A stretch of DNA of 64,000 bases, from IMG/VR virus record IMGVR_UViG_3300019935_000002, positions 1-64,000 of that record, one strand, 5' to 3'. The notes beneath the pieces were generated by a model that searched no databases, was not told the origin of the DNA, and saw nothing but the letters and a program-made list of their open reading frames with translations. The stretch comes from a virus. Below are positions 43,136 to 52,665 of this stretch, one piece after another; position 1 is the stretch's first letter; each line of letters opens with the position of its first letter. The translations under genes were made by a program, and so were the position numbers.

Positions 43136-43813
43136 CTAACATCTGTGCCCCTCATTCACCTGCAGAACCTCTTCTCGGGTCAGCCAAGTGCTCTTATCGC
43201 TGACTTTTACGGTCTTGTAGGCATAAGCTCTTCCGGCTCCCACCGGAACCGCCCCATACATCCTCGTCCAGTCATCCGTCGTGTACTCCATCATTCGGAA
43301 ATGCTCGAACTGCCAGCCCGTTACCCAATTCTCCGGCGGCAATGCCTCCAGAGCCTCCCAGTACTCCTCATCCGCTATCCGGTGTACCTTACCGAAGCGC
43401 TTGCGATCAAGGTCGTCCTGAATCTCCAGAGCTTCCTCAAGGGTCGTAACCAGGAAAATCCGCTCTTCATCAGGGTCTTCGTTGAGGATTTTCCGGTATT
43501 CTTCCTTCCAGTTGTCACCATGCAGTTCCTGCCAGTTCTCAAAGACTTCCGCCTTGTGCTTACGAAAAGATTCGTAGCTGTATGCCATCAGCCGGTCAGC
43601 TGGCTCTGTGCGTCGGCCTAAATTCAGCTCCTCTGACAGGGGCAGAGAAACCGCCCGGGGAATGCTCGCTACGCTGTAGTAGTTAAGCCGGCCTTCCCTG
43701 ATATAGATCGCGACCAGCGTACCCTCAAGGTCAGGGTGCATAGCTTTGATGGAGATGCCAGTAACTGCCGACTCCTCAACCATGACACGGTCAGACGTGT
43801 AGATGTTGTTCAT
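43136..43813 (-). CDS. DUF1419-like protein
   Basis: EEYWEALEALPP and FRMMEY motifs. Confidence 0.5.
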   Translation of the reverse strand: MNNIYTSDRVMVEESAVTGISIKAMHPDLEGTLVAIYIREGRLNYYSVASIPRAVSLPLSEELNLGRRTEPADRLMAYSYESFRKHKAEVFENWQELHGDNWKEEYRKILNEDPDEERIFLVTTLEEALEIQDDLDRKRFGKVHRIADEEYWEALEALPPENWVTGWQFEHFRMMEYTTDDWTRMYGAVPVGAGRAYAYKTVKVSDKSTWLTREEVLQVNEGHRC

Positions 43814-46244
43814 GGTTTTCTCCTTGGTTTTAGTCTGAATCAGCCATCCAGTCGGCCGGGACTGTGTAGCACTCGACGACTACTCCTTTTTCCACAGCGT
43901 CTAGCAGTGCTGCCGTTGTCCCGAACGCGCTCTTCCCGTGAATCAGACTGCCTAAATTTCCTGCTCCAGGTACACAAGGGGAGCAAGGCCGGGCATAGAC
44001 TATCGACTCCGACGACAGGATGAAGAAGTTCAGCGCTCCTCCCAGCCAGGAGGACAGGTAGTGAACGCCTTCCTGCTGACCTTCTACTGAAGGTTCTTCG
44101 GTGTGAAGCCTATCCAGCAACTCTTGGTAGGCGTCGAAATCTGACTCTCCCAGATCAGCTTCAAACTCAGCGATCCAATCGCACAGCTGTTTGTACTTGG
44201 CGCGCCTTTCTTCGTAGAAGTAGGTAATTTTAATCTCTGGGCAGCAAGCAGTTATTCCTGCGCCTTGGCAAAATTCCTGGATGAGGTTTAGGTGTGCCTG
44301 CAGATGTGTCCAGTCCATTGAATTTGGGCCATACATTAAGGTATCAACCAGCTCACTGTCCAAGCTATCGGCGGAGATGTAGCCAAAGGCTACACCTGTT
44401 ATGGGATTAGTATTCATGGTGTTCTCCTGTTCCATGCTGTCAGTTACTGTTGTGGATCGCCTCATCGACCTCATCGCCCGCCATACGCAGGCAGAAGCAA
44501 GCGATCATATAGAGGTATTTGGCATGGTCATCGGTGATGGCGTCGTCGTAGAAGACTGCCATCCAATTGCTGCCACACTCACCAATAACCCGAACGCAGT
44601 CGATCAGCATAGTCTCGGTGCCCAGAGCATCCCATTCTGTCAGACGCAGCATTGCTGTGTAGCCGGCCACAGTCGAGCCATGCGCCCTTGCATGCTCCTG
44701 TAACCGATCCCGCACCAAAGGCCAGTACTTAGCACAGAAATTAACGCCGTCTTCATAGCTGATAAAGCCTTGGTAACCTTCGTTGCCGTCTCGCATGCTG
44801 GCGTTGATCGCGTCCTTTGCCCAGCTGTAGAGGTTGCCTTCGGAGTCGTACAAATCCCGCAGACGGGTTGGTGCAGGGGTTGCTCCTAACTGGCTCAGCA
44901 CGGCGGCGGTGAGAGGAGATAGTTTGATAGACATAGGTCACCTGTGTAATAGGAGGTTGGATTTAGAAGGAAGTTTTGATTGAGATCTCAAAAGGAGCCT
45001 CAGCCAGGATGGCTTTCTCCTTTTCCGTAGCAGGCGTTCGCCAGCCGTAGGCCAGCCCTTTGCCGGTGTAATAGATCAGGTTATCCATGTGCAATTCTGG
45101 ATGTTTCGCTATCCACAGGCGGGCTTCGCCTTCGATTTCGAGAACTCGCTCCTTCTCCTGAAGTTCCTGCCCGCGAGCCTCCAGCCAATCCGCAGCGCGC
45201 TGCTCTCGGGCAGGCACTTGCTCGATCACCCATGCCTCCCGCAGCTGCTTCATATCAGGGGACGTCCCACGGCTACCGTCAATAGACGTCCACGCCAGCA
45301 GAGATAGGTTTTCTTCCTCAAGATATCGATTTGGTAAACAGCCTGCGTGGTAGTCCTCGGTCGGCTCCACCTCTATAGCGCCGCAATAGCCGCACTTAAA
45401 GGTCGTGCGACGAATCTCACGCATCTCATCGGTGATGGTCAGGTAATGTCCAGCCTTAATTCTCCGGTTCGGGAGGATGGATTCCGCCCAGTCAAAGACG
45501 CGGAGACCTGATTTGCCCTCCTCCTTAGGTACAGTGTTCCACTGATTAGAGGACAGGAAGTTTGTAGCCAGTTCCACTTCGCCAGCCGGGACTTGGTCGT
45601 AGGTCCGGTATTCGCCTCCCTGACCGCTAGTAGCATAAGTGTCGAACACTTTCAGACCTTGAGCCTCCAGAGATGACTTGAGTTCAGCGTAAGCTGCGGC
45701 CTCCTCAGGGTTATCGATATTAAAACAGTAGGTGTGCAAAGTCGTTTTGAGTGTTTTCATGGTGTGATCCTGAGTTGTAGGTTTGATTCAATTTGATTAA
45801 GGTTCGACCTTTAGCTCTCGTCCGAGAGCTGGCCAGCGGGACAGAAAGGCTTAACCCTGTCACCGCAGTCAGAGACTTTATCAGCCAGGGAAAGGCGGTC
45901 GACCTCTGGCCGCTTGTACCAGCCGGGCATGGGCTTAGTCACCATCCCAGCTAGAGCTTCAGACGTGACCTCAGTCAGGCAGCCGAAACTGTTCAGCTGA
46001 CAACCAGTGCCAAACTGCCGGGACGGCCTGCAGACAGAGCCAAACTTATAAAGTCCTGTCAGTCGCTCCACCTCGAACCCTACGGCGGGGCTGTCGAGCG
46101 AAGTTGAGAAGAATCCGTAGTTGAAATGGGTGGAGTTGGATACGTACACCCTGAACCCCAAACCGTTCATGTGTTCCGCCAGTTTAAGTAGGCGATCTCT
46201 GTAGAATTTTCGCATAGCGCACCTGTAGGTTAAATTATAGTCCA

Positions 46245-46273
46245 AGCGTAGCCGTAGACCTTGATTTTGTAAA
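46245..46273 (-). promoter_or_regulatory. sigma70-like promoter inside a 14-bp inverted repeat
   Basis: TTTACA-17 nt-TACGCT; repeat arms at 46246-46259 and 46274-46287. Confidence 0.5.
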
Positions 46274-46301
46274 GTCTATGGCTACGCCTAACGTAAGAAA
46301 T

Positions 46302-46421
46302 TTAGTCAAAGCTCTTCCATGACCAAGGTGTTTCTTGGTCGCAGGGCGTGAAGTCGATCTCGGTGATCTCTGCGATCTCGACAATCTCGTCAAGACCTTC
46401 GGTCAGCAGGTCAAAGTCCAT
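46302..46421 (-). CDS. 39-aa acidic peptide (absent from the ORF track)
   Basis: AAGGAG SD; MDFDLLTEGLDEIVEIAEITEIDFTPCDQETPWSWKSFD. Confidence 0.6.
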   Translation of the reverse strand: MDFDLLTEGLDEIVEIAEITEIDFTPCDQETPWSWKSFD

Positions 46422-47265
46422 CGCAGTTCTCCTTCTTGTACTCATCCAGCAGCATTCGTGCTGCTGCCTTACCCACGCAAGTGCGGGTGCTCAAGGAGGG
46501 TAAGGAATTCATCCCTACCTCCCCTAACTCCCTCGCCTTTTGTAAACCTATCGGTGTGCGGTCCCATAACCAGCTCCCTCGACCGCTGCGGGACAGGATG
46601 TCGTTAAAGTGCGGGTCTTCCGACTCCAGCAGTCTCTGGACGCCAATATGGGTGCAGACGTAGTGGAGAGTATCTTCCGTGACGAACTGCTGGTAAAAGT
46701 CCTGATATAGACGTTCTGAGTCCTGCATGTACTCTTGATGTGTGATGCTCATGATTTCTCTCCAACAGTTGGTCGATTTACAGACGCGATCATCGCGTCC
46801 AGCAGAGTTGTATCGTTAAGCTCGGTCGGCCTCTGGCTTCGGATCAGAGTTAGCTCGGTCGTCCCGATCAGACCTTTGCGCGCCATCGGCACTAGGTCTT
46901 CCGGCGTGAATCGCCGACCCAGCAGCAAGGACAGTGCGATGGTTGTGCTGACAATTGTGCCAGCCTCCTGGTTTTCGGGAACTACGAAGCGGTTTAACCG
47001 GCTGCAGAGCTCGCGGAAGTCTTCTACCGGCTCGTCCTTGCGATAGGTGCCCATCTTCCAGCCCATCCGGTTTAAGGCCACCTCTACCTCTTCTAGGGTC
47101 GCAGGCAGGCGGAACGGTCTTATATCCCGATAGGTCACCTCGTCCACCTTAAGGTCTCCCGCCAGGAACTCATCGCACAAAAGTATGCGGTCATCGCTGG
47201 ACTCGTAGAAGTCCATCAGCTCAGCCAAGAACTGAGCGGTGGTGATTTCTCGTGCAGTTTTTTCG

Positions 47266-47742
47266 TTATTGGGCATGTTCTTTACCTTCTTTCTGATCCA
47301 AACATTCAATCAACCCTCGGAGCAGGACAATTGTAGCGCCCAATAACTCCCGTCTCTTGGTTAACGATTTGCCTTCCCACTTAGGCTGATGGATGTACTC
47401 CTGAGTCCCGCCTATAGGGAACTTAGGCAAGGCGATAACCCTGCCGTCCAGCTCGGTTACGGGGTCATCAGGTGTTATGCAGCACCAGCTGAACTGCTGA
47501 GCGGCTAACCCTACCAGCCAGTTCATAGCCGAAGTGTGGCTCAGGTTTCGACATAGGCCATGGTGACCCAAAAACCAGCCAGGAGGCTTACCTTTCAGCA
47601 ACCCCTCCTGCAGCTCCTCTGCCATAGCAAGCGGGCAGAGGAGGTTTGACGGAGCTATCTCCAAGTCCTCACACATGGTCTTGGCGAAACGCAGGATTTG
47701 TTCTGGGGTTAAAGTTTCAGCTCTGACTACTGGGCTACTCAT
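47266..47742 (-). CDS. Hypothetical protein, paralogue 3 of a tandem triplet
   Basis: Shared motifs GLCxNL, LVGLAAxQFxWC and PKWEGxSLTKR. Confidence 0.7.
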   Translation of the reverse strand: MSSPVVRAETLTPEQILRFAKTMCEDLEIAPSNLLCPLAMAEELQEGLLKGKPPGWFLGHHGLCRNLSHTSAMNWLVGLAAQQFSWCCITPDDPVTELDGRVIALPKFPIGGTQEYIHQPKWEGKSLTKRRELLGATIVLLRGLIECLDQKEGKEHAQ

Positions 47743-48190
47743 CGGGTTCTCCTTCCAAACATTCAATCAATCCACGTAGTAGGACAATTGTAGCGCCCAA
47801 TAACTCCCGTCTTTTGGTTAAGGACTCACCTTCCCATTTAGGCTTGAAGTAGAACTCCTTGCTGCCTCCAACCGGAAAGACAGGCAGGGCTACGGTTTTG
47901 CCTCCGAACTCGACCTGATGGCAGGTCGTAGAGCAGTTGCACCAATCAAACTGCAGAGCCGCTAGACCTACCAGCCGGCAGATGAAAACCCAGTTCTCCG
48001 GTGTGTCCAAGTTGTCGCACAGCCCCATTCCCTTGTTGAATCCTCGCGGTAACTTTTTAGCAAGCTGACCTCTTAGCCCCTCCGCCTTACTCAGGGAGAC
48101 ATTTAGGTCTGCAATCGAGCTTGTGCTTTCTTCCCACATCACCTTGGTGATGGATAAACACTCTTCTGGGGTTAATTTAGGGTGTTTCAC
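47735..48190 (-). CDS. Hypothetical protein, paralogue 2
   Basis: Same motifs as its neighbours. Confidence 0.7.
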   Translation of the reverse strand: MKHPKLTPEECLSITKVMWEESTSSIADLNVSLSKAEGLRGQLAKKLPRGFNKGMGLCDNLDTPENWVFICRLVGLAALQFDWCNCSTTCHQVEFGGKTVALPVFPVGGSKEFYFKPKWEGESLTKRRELLGATIVLLRGLIECLEGEPDE

Positions 48191-48660
48191 AACTCGTCCT
48201 CCATGTCACAGACATATTCCAAGACTTCAATTACCGCGTCTAACAGTTGAAGTCTTTTAGTCAAACCTTCTCCTTCCCACAGGTTGACTGTGCGGCAGTA
48301 GGCATCTACTCCCTCGACTGGGTACGTGTAAATCTCTACTGGCAGACCAAAGTTCGCCCGGGGTAAGTCCATACAGCACCAATCAAACTGCAAAGCCGTG
48401 AGCCCTACCAGATCTATAACATTTGAAAGATCATAAGTTCCTCTGATGTTGTCGCAGATGCCCGCCTCAGGCCAGAACGGTCTATCTTTGACCTGCTCAG
48501 GTAGGTCAGGCAGAGAGTGGCGCAACGCAGACCTTAGCGCCTTGCCTCTTACCAGAGTCTCAGCAGGAGACCATGCGCCTAGTGTTCGGCAGCTGTGGCG
48601 GTAAAGTTGCCGAACATATTCCTTCACCTTTGCGTTTGATAATTTCTGATGATTTTTCAT
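48187..48660 (-). CDS. Hypothetical protein, paralogue 1
   Basis: GICDNI, LVGLTALQFDWC and LWEGEGLTKR; GGAGG SD before ATG 48660. Confidence 0.7.
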   Translation of the reverse strand: MKNHQKLSNAKVKEYVRQLYRHSCRTLGAWSPAETLVRGKALRSALRHSLPDLPEQVKDRPFWPEAGICDNIRGTYDLSNVIDLVGLTALQFDWCCMDLPRANFGLPVEIYTYPVEGVDAYCRTVNLWEGEGLTKRLQLLDAVIEVLEYVCDMEDEL

Positions 48661-48725
48661 GAGGGCTCCTCCATGGAGAATAAGAGTTACAGATGAGATA
48701 GGACTGCAGATGCGGGCCGGTTGCT

Positions 48726-49337
48726 CTATCTGTCTGAGGGTTGGGTAGGCTCGGCAGGGGATGCCTTTATGATTTGACGCAGTACCGGCTTCCATCGCTT
48801 CCACCAGAGTAGAGCCCTTTTACCGTCCATCTCCAGAATGGCTCTGTCGTCAAAGCTCCACCAATCCTCGATAGGATGCTGCTCGCACCCAATCTGAACT
48901 ACCTCTGCCGTGTAGGTGACAGGGTAAGTGTCGCAGAGAATGGCCTTTATGTGGCGCATGTCTCCTAAACATCTCCAGAGCTTAGCTCCCCCAAGGTCAG
49001 CCCCTTCAAGATTGGCTCCCTCAAGATCGGCCCCTCCAAGGTTAGATCTTCTGAGGTCAGCCCCTCCAAGGTTAGATCTTCTGAGGTCAGCCCTCCATAG
49101 GTCAGCTCCTTTGAGGTCAGCTCCTTTGAGGTCAGCTCTCCATAGGTCAGCCCCTTCAAGGTTAGATCTTCTGAGGTTAGATCTTCTGAGGTCAGCTCTC
49201 CATAGCTTAGCGCCTTCGAGATTGGCTCTCTCACCTGTGGCCTTTCCATCCAACCAGTCCTTGTGCTTTCGCAGGATTTCAGGCAGGTCTATAGGTCTCC
49301 CCTTAACGTCAGTAGGGGCGAAAGTTGAGTCAGTCAT
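48726..49337 (-). CDS. Pentapeptide-repeat protein
   Basis: Run of A(D/N)Lxx and SNLxx repeats, then a C-terminal IGCEQH..WW domain. Confidence 0.9.
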   Translation of the reverse strand: MTDSTFAPTDVKGRPIDLPEILRKHKDWLDGKATGERANLEGAKLWRADLRRSNLRRSNLEGADLWRADLKGADLKGADLWRADLRRSNLGGADLRRSNLGGADLEGANLEGADLGGAKLWRCLGDMRHIKAILCDTYPVTYTAEVVQIGCEQHPIEDWWSFDDRAILEMDGKRALLWWKRWKPVLRQIIKASPAEPTQPSDR

Positions 49338-50129
49338 AGGTTCACCTTTGTGTGTGCGGGCTAGCCCACCAAATAAAAATGTCCGTCGACCCATTTGATG
49401 CGCATTCCCACCTTGTAGCAGGTAGCAAAAGCATCAGTCAGGGTCGTGTTGAGTGGTATGTCCACCTTTAGACGGATAGCCATCAGTAAGGCCTCGCAGA
49501 TTGGCAGATTGCCTCGCAGAATTTAAGGCAAGCCTCGTGCTCAGGCTCGGTTAGATTCGATTTCTCAATCTCCTCTCCTTCCTCACCAGTGGCCCAGTTG
49601 TGGTTCGTGATGGAGAACTGGTCAGAGAGCACCATCACAGTCACGCCATGGTTCGCAGACACCTCATTACGCAGGATCAGAGTTGCGCGTCCACGAGTGC
49701 TAAAATCCGCCTCCAGCTTGTAAGCCTTGAGGTAGCGCGGCAGCAGATCCGCCAGGCAGGCCCCAAGCTGGGTCAGGTCGGTGGGGTTGGCAAGGGTTGT
49801 GATTACGGGCTGGGTGTCTGAATGGGTCATAGAGTTGGTCACGAGGTTGGTCATGGGTTCACCTTTAGGGAAGTTGAGGCTTAGAGTTGTGTGCGTAGGT
49901 GTAACTTGGTGTCTGAATAGGCCTGAGGCTTATCAGAATGGATTCTAAGGCGTTTTCTTTGTTGACAGGTACGATGGCCGCACCTTTATGGGTTGAGCCT
50001 TAGAATCGAAAATAGGGCCACCTTTACTGACAGAGGGTTGAGAGTGGTCAGTCGGGGGGTGGGTCATGAGTCGAGGCACCTTTGCAGGTAGCGCCTAGCA
50101 GATGTAAGCAAAGGTGTCAATGCCCTGCT

Positions 50130-51230
50130 AGTGAGGTCAGAAAACAGGGTGGGTACTCGAAAATGCAAGAAATTTCGGAATTTTTTTTTTTGTTTTGAAA
50201 GTGCGCTCAGAAATGACGAATGTGACCGTGACACGATAAATAGTCACGCTAAAGTAATTATATTATTATTTATATTTATTAAAAAAAAAAAAAAAAAAAA
50301 AAGAAGTTCTGGCTAGTGTTGCTAACGCATTGCTGTTGCACCCTGCCAGTACCCGTGTAGAACGAAAATGGGACATTTTGACACAGGTTAAATCGCGGTT
50401 AATTCGCAATTAAATTCGGGTATAGAAGAACTAAAAAAATTTAATATAAATCTCTTATAACTCGATTTTCGGATTTTTTGCGTTCAAACAGGTGTTTGAA
50501 TGAAATCGTGGCAGACTTTAACCCGAAATTAACCACAAATTGACCCCGAATTAACCACTTTGTACCCGAAACCAATTGCAAACGTATTGCGAACTAACCG
50601 CGAACTAGTTGTGTATTAACCCGTCACCTAAATAATAAGTACCTTTAATCAGTTGTGATTAAATTGCGAACCTACCCCGTTCAAGTTGCTTATCAGTTGC
50701 TAATTAACCACTGATAAGACATCCCTAATATTCGGGTTAAGTCTTGGTTAAATCCGGGTACTAAATTTTGGGTTAAATCCGGGTACTAAATTTTGGGTTA
50801 AATCTGGGTAGTGTCGCAATTAAATCGTGGTAGGTTTACAGTTAGCTATTGGTAATTATTTTATAAAAATTATCTTATAAGAACTCAGTAGTTCAATATG
50901 AGTCTTTTATAAAAAATCCGAGGTTACAAACTGTTACAAAAATACCAAAACGGGTTAAATAAGGGTTAACTCTGTAATAGCGAAACCAAAGTTAACCCTT
51001 ATTTAACCTCTATTAAGTTGCTATTGAATTGCGAAACAACTTAGTTCTAACCCTTCTACTGTTGCGAATTAATAGTTATTTAACCCGAAACTAAGCGACC
51101 AAATTACGGCAAATCCGGCCTTTCGCGCCTGAAATCCAGCCTCTAACCTCTGCCGAATCTTGACGGTGTAAAAGGATTTTTCTATTAAAATCTCTTAAAT
51201 ATAAAATAATTTTTGCAGCCTGGACGACGA
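50130..51230. repeat. AT-rich non-coding region with 11-bp-phased repeats and a 25-bp tandem repeat (candidate origin or packaging terminus)
   Basis: TTAACCCGAAA-like units at 50518-50572; inverted units at 50391-50422; GGTTAAATCCGGGTACTAAATTTTG x2.6 at 50746-50810. Confidence 0.7.
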
Positions 51231-51257
51231 AAGCCCCAGCCGGTTGCCCGACTGGGG
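51229..51257 (-). terminator. Probable intrinsic terminator
   Basis: CCCCAGTCGG-GCAA-CCGGCTGGGG followed by CTTTC (short U tract). Confidence 0.5.
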
Positions 51258-51274
51258 TTAGCGTTTCCGCTTCA

Positions 51275-51302
51275 ATCTCTATTGCGCTTTGTTGTGCCTA
51301 GT
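51275..51302. repeat. 28-bp perfect inverted repeat, left arm
   Basis: ATCTCTATTGCGCTTTGTTGTGCCTAGT is the exact reverse complement of 52307-52334. Confidence 0.97.
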
Positions 51303-51332
51303 TGGGTTGGGAATTGATCAGGCTAGGCCTGA

Positions 51333-52277
51333 TTAGAAATATTGAACCAGTTCTGAAAGGATTTTCTTAAGCTGGTTCACTTCAGGAGCTTCAGACGCTA
51401 GAGCGTCTTTAGCCTGAGATTTTAAAGCCTGCACGGCTTCAAAGTTTAACTGAATGGCGTTTAGCATACTTGCTAAGCCTTCGGTCTTCTCTTCAGACAT
51501 AAGCAGGTTAGCCGCCAGCTCTACACGCTTAGATGCGTCTAGCGCGGCCTCGCTACTCTTGTCCAAGGCTTTTTCAATGCTAGACGCTGCTTTCTTTGCG
51601 TCCGCTTCAGGGTCGTTAAACTTTCGGTTATCCTTGCCGTTTTGCTTGAAGCTACGCAGGCTGTCCCAGTACGCAGGCGGACGCTTGCGCCACATGTAGC
51701 CTTTTTTGCGCTTAAGCAGCACAACCAGCTCTTTCTTGCCGCCAGAATCACCAGCGGTTCCGATGGCCTCTTGGGCTGTCGCGTCTGTCGCTACTACATC
51801 CTTTTTCTGTACACGTACAATAAAAGGTGTAGTTGCTTCCAGATACTTTTTAGCGGCATCAAAATCATGCCGCCAGCCCTTGCTAGTGTACATCAGCCAA
51901 AGGATAGATTGGATTAAGGAGAAGTCTTTATTGCCTGAATCCTGCAAGCGCAAAATACCGGATTGAAGACTATCATTTACCGTTTCCCTGTTAACCGTGC
52001 CATCCTTGAACGCCTGCACTGTTGAGGCGTAGGACTTCAAAGATTCGGCCAGTTTTAAAGGCATATCCGCGAACGTTTCCACGGCTTCAGGATCAGCTTC
52101 AGCAGTAGCATTCTGCAATGCGGCTAACTCAAACTTAGCCGCATCTTGCCAGCTTTTTGCCGGTTGTCCTGTAAGGTCTTTGTACCCCTTCAAAGTCTTA
52201 TATTCTTCTTTTAAAAGAAGAGTGCAAGACTCAATTTGGGCCGAGGTAAAGTCTGTTTTTGCTGTATTTGTTTGCAT
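51333..52277 (-). CDS. Hypothetical 314-aa helical protein enclosed by the 28-bp inverted repeat
   Basis: GTGGTG SD and ATG at 52277; stand-alone transcription unit. Confidence 0.8.
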   Translation of the reverse strand: MQTNTAKTDFTSAQIESCTLLLKEEYKTLKGYKDLTGQPAKSWQDAAKFELAALQNATAEADPEAVETFADMPLKLAESLKSYASTVQAFKDGTVNRETVNDSLQSGILRLQDSGNKDFSLIQSILWLMYTSKGWRHDFDAAKKYLEATTPFIVRVQKKDVVATDATAQEAIGTAGDSGGKKELVVLLKRKKGYMWRKRPPAYWDSLRSFKQNGKDNRKFNDPEADAKKAASSIEKALDKSSEAALDASKRVELAANLLMSEEKTEGLASMLNAIQLNFEAVQALKSQAKDALASEAPEVNQLKKILSELVQYF

Positions 52278-52306
52278 AGTAATCACCACTTTTAAAAGAA
52301 ATGAGG

Positions 52307-52334
52307 ACTAGGCACAACAAAGCGCAATAGAGAT
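52307..52334. repeat. 28-bp perfect inverted repeat, right arm
   Basis: ACTAGGCACAACAAAGCGCAATAGAGAT. Confidence 0.97.
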
Positions 52335-52337
52335 AAA

Positions 52338-52350
52338 TTGTTAAGGAGCG
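52338..52350 (-). promoter_or_regulatory. boxA-like antitermination element 2
   Basis: CGCTCCTTAACAA(TTTATC), compared with rrn leader boxA TGCTCTTTAACAATTTATC. Confidence 0.65.
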
Positions 52351-52411
52351 AACGGGTAACATCTCGCTAAACTGGCAACACTGTCAACCAGTTATTAACC
52401 CGTGATCTTAA

Positions 52412-52566
52412 TCTAGTTTGCTTGTTCCGCTAAACTGGCGTTCCCTGCTGGTGATGGTAGGTGGGCGCATCCTGCGCCCTTTCTTCACATAGTCTTATAC
52501 TCTGCCCCGCATGGCGGCAACAGACGGCAGCCCGTACAAAATGCACGTCCGAGCAAGCAAACCAAA
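52412..52566 (-). ncRNA. Candidate stem-enclosed small structured RNA in the leader
   Basis: Arms 52551-52566 and 52412-52427 pair (about 15 of 16 positions, allowing G-U); internal hairpin GGGCGCA-GGA-TGCGCCC. Confidence 0.55.
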
Positions 52567-52596
52567 TTGTTAAAGAACAACCGCCAGATCAGGCGG
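52567..52596 (-). promoter_or_regulatory. boxB-like hairpin plus boxA element 1
   Basis: CCGCC-TGATCT-GGCGG followed by TGTTCTTTAACAA. Confidence 0.7.
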
Positions 52597-52665
52597 GCAG
52601 CCATCCCGCGCGGGGCTGGCCTGTAAATTAGGGCAATCAAACTGAAATACCCTAACCACAAAGTA

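Larger units (their letters stand above)
29511..49854 (-). other. Dense array of short early/accessory ORFs, mostly hypothetical
   Basis: Head-to-tail minus-strand ORFs with GGAG/AGGT SDs, overlapping start/stop codons and interspersed sigma70 promoters. Confidence 0.8.

Noticed and set aside
48980-49230. 15/30-nt tandem repeats resembling a CRISPR or DGR array
   Set aside because: They are the codons of the pentapeptide repeats. There are no unique spacers and no cas or reverse transcriptase genes in the window.
4232-49398. Numerous + strand ORFs across the minus-strand arm
   Set aside because: Antisense shadows of well-supported minus-strand genes.
50281-50302. Run of ~22 A and the ORF 50131-50316 containing poly-Lys
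   Set aside because: Homopolymer in non-coding AT-rich DNA; its length is unreliable and the ORF is spurious.
51275-52334. IS element or retron
   Set aside because: The enclosed ORF has no DDE, HUH, recombinase or RT motifs, and no target-site duplication is seen.
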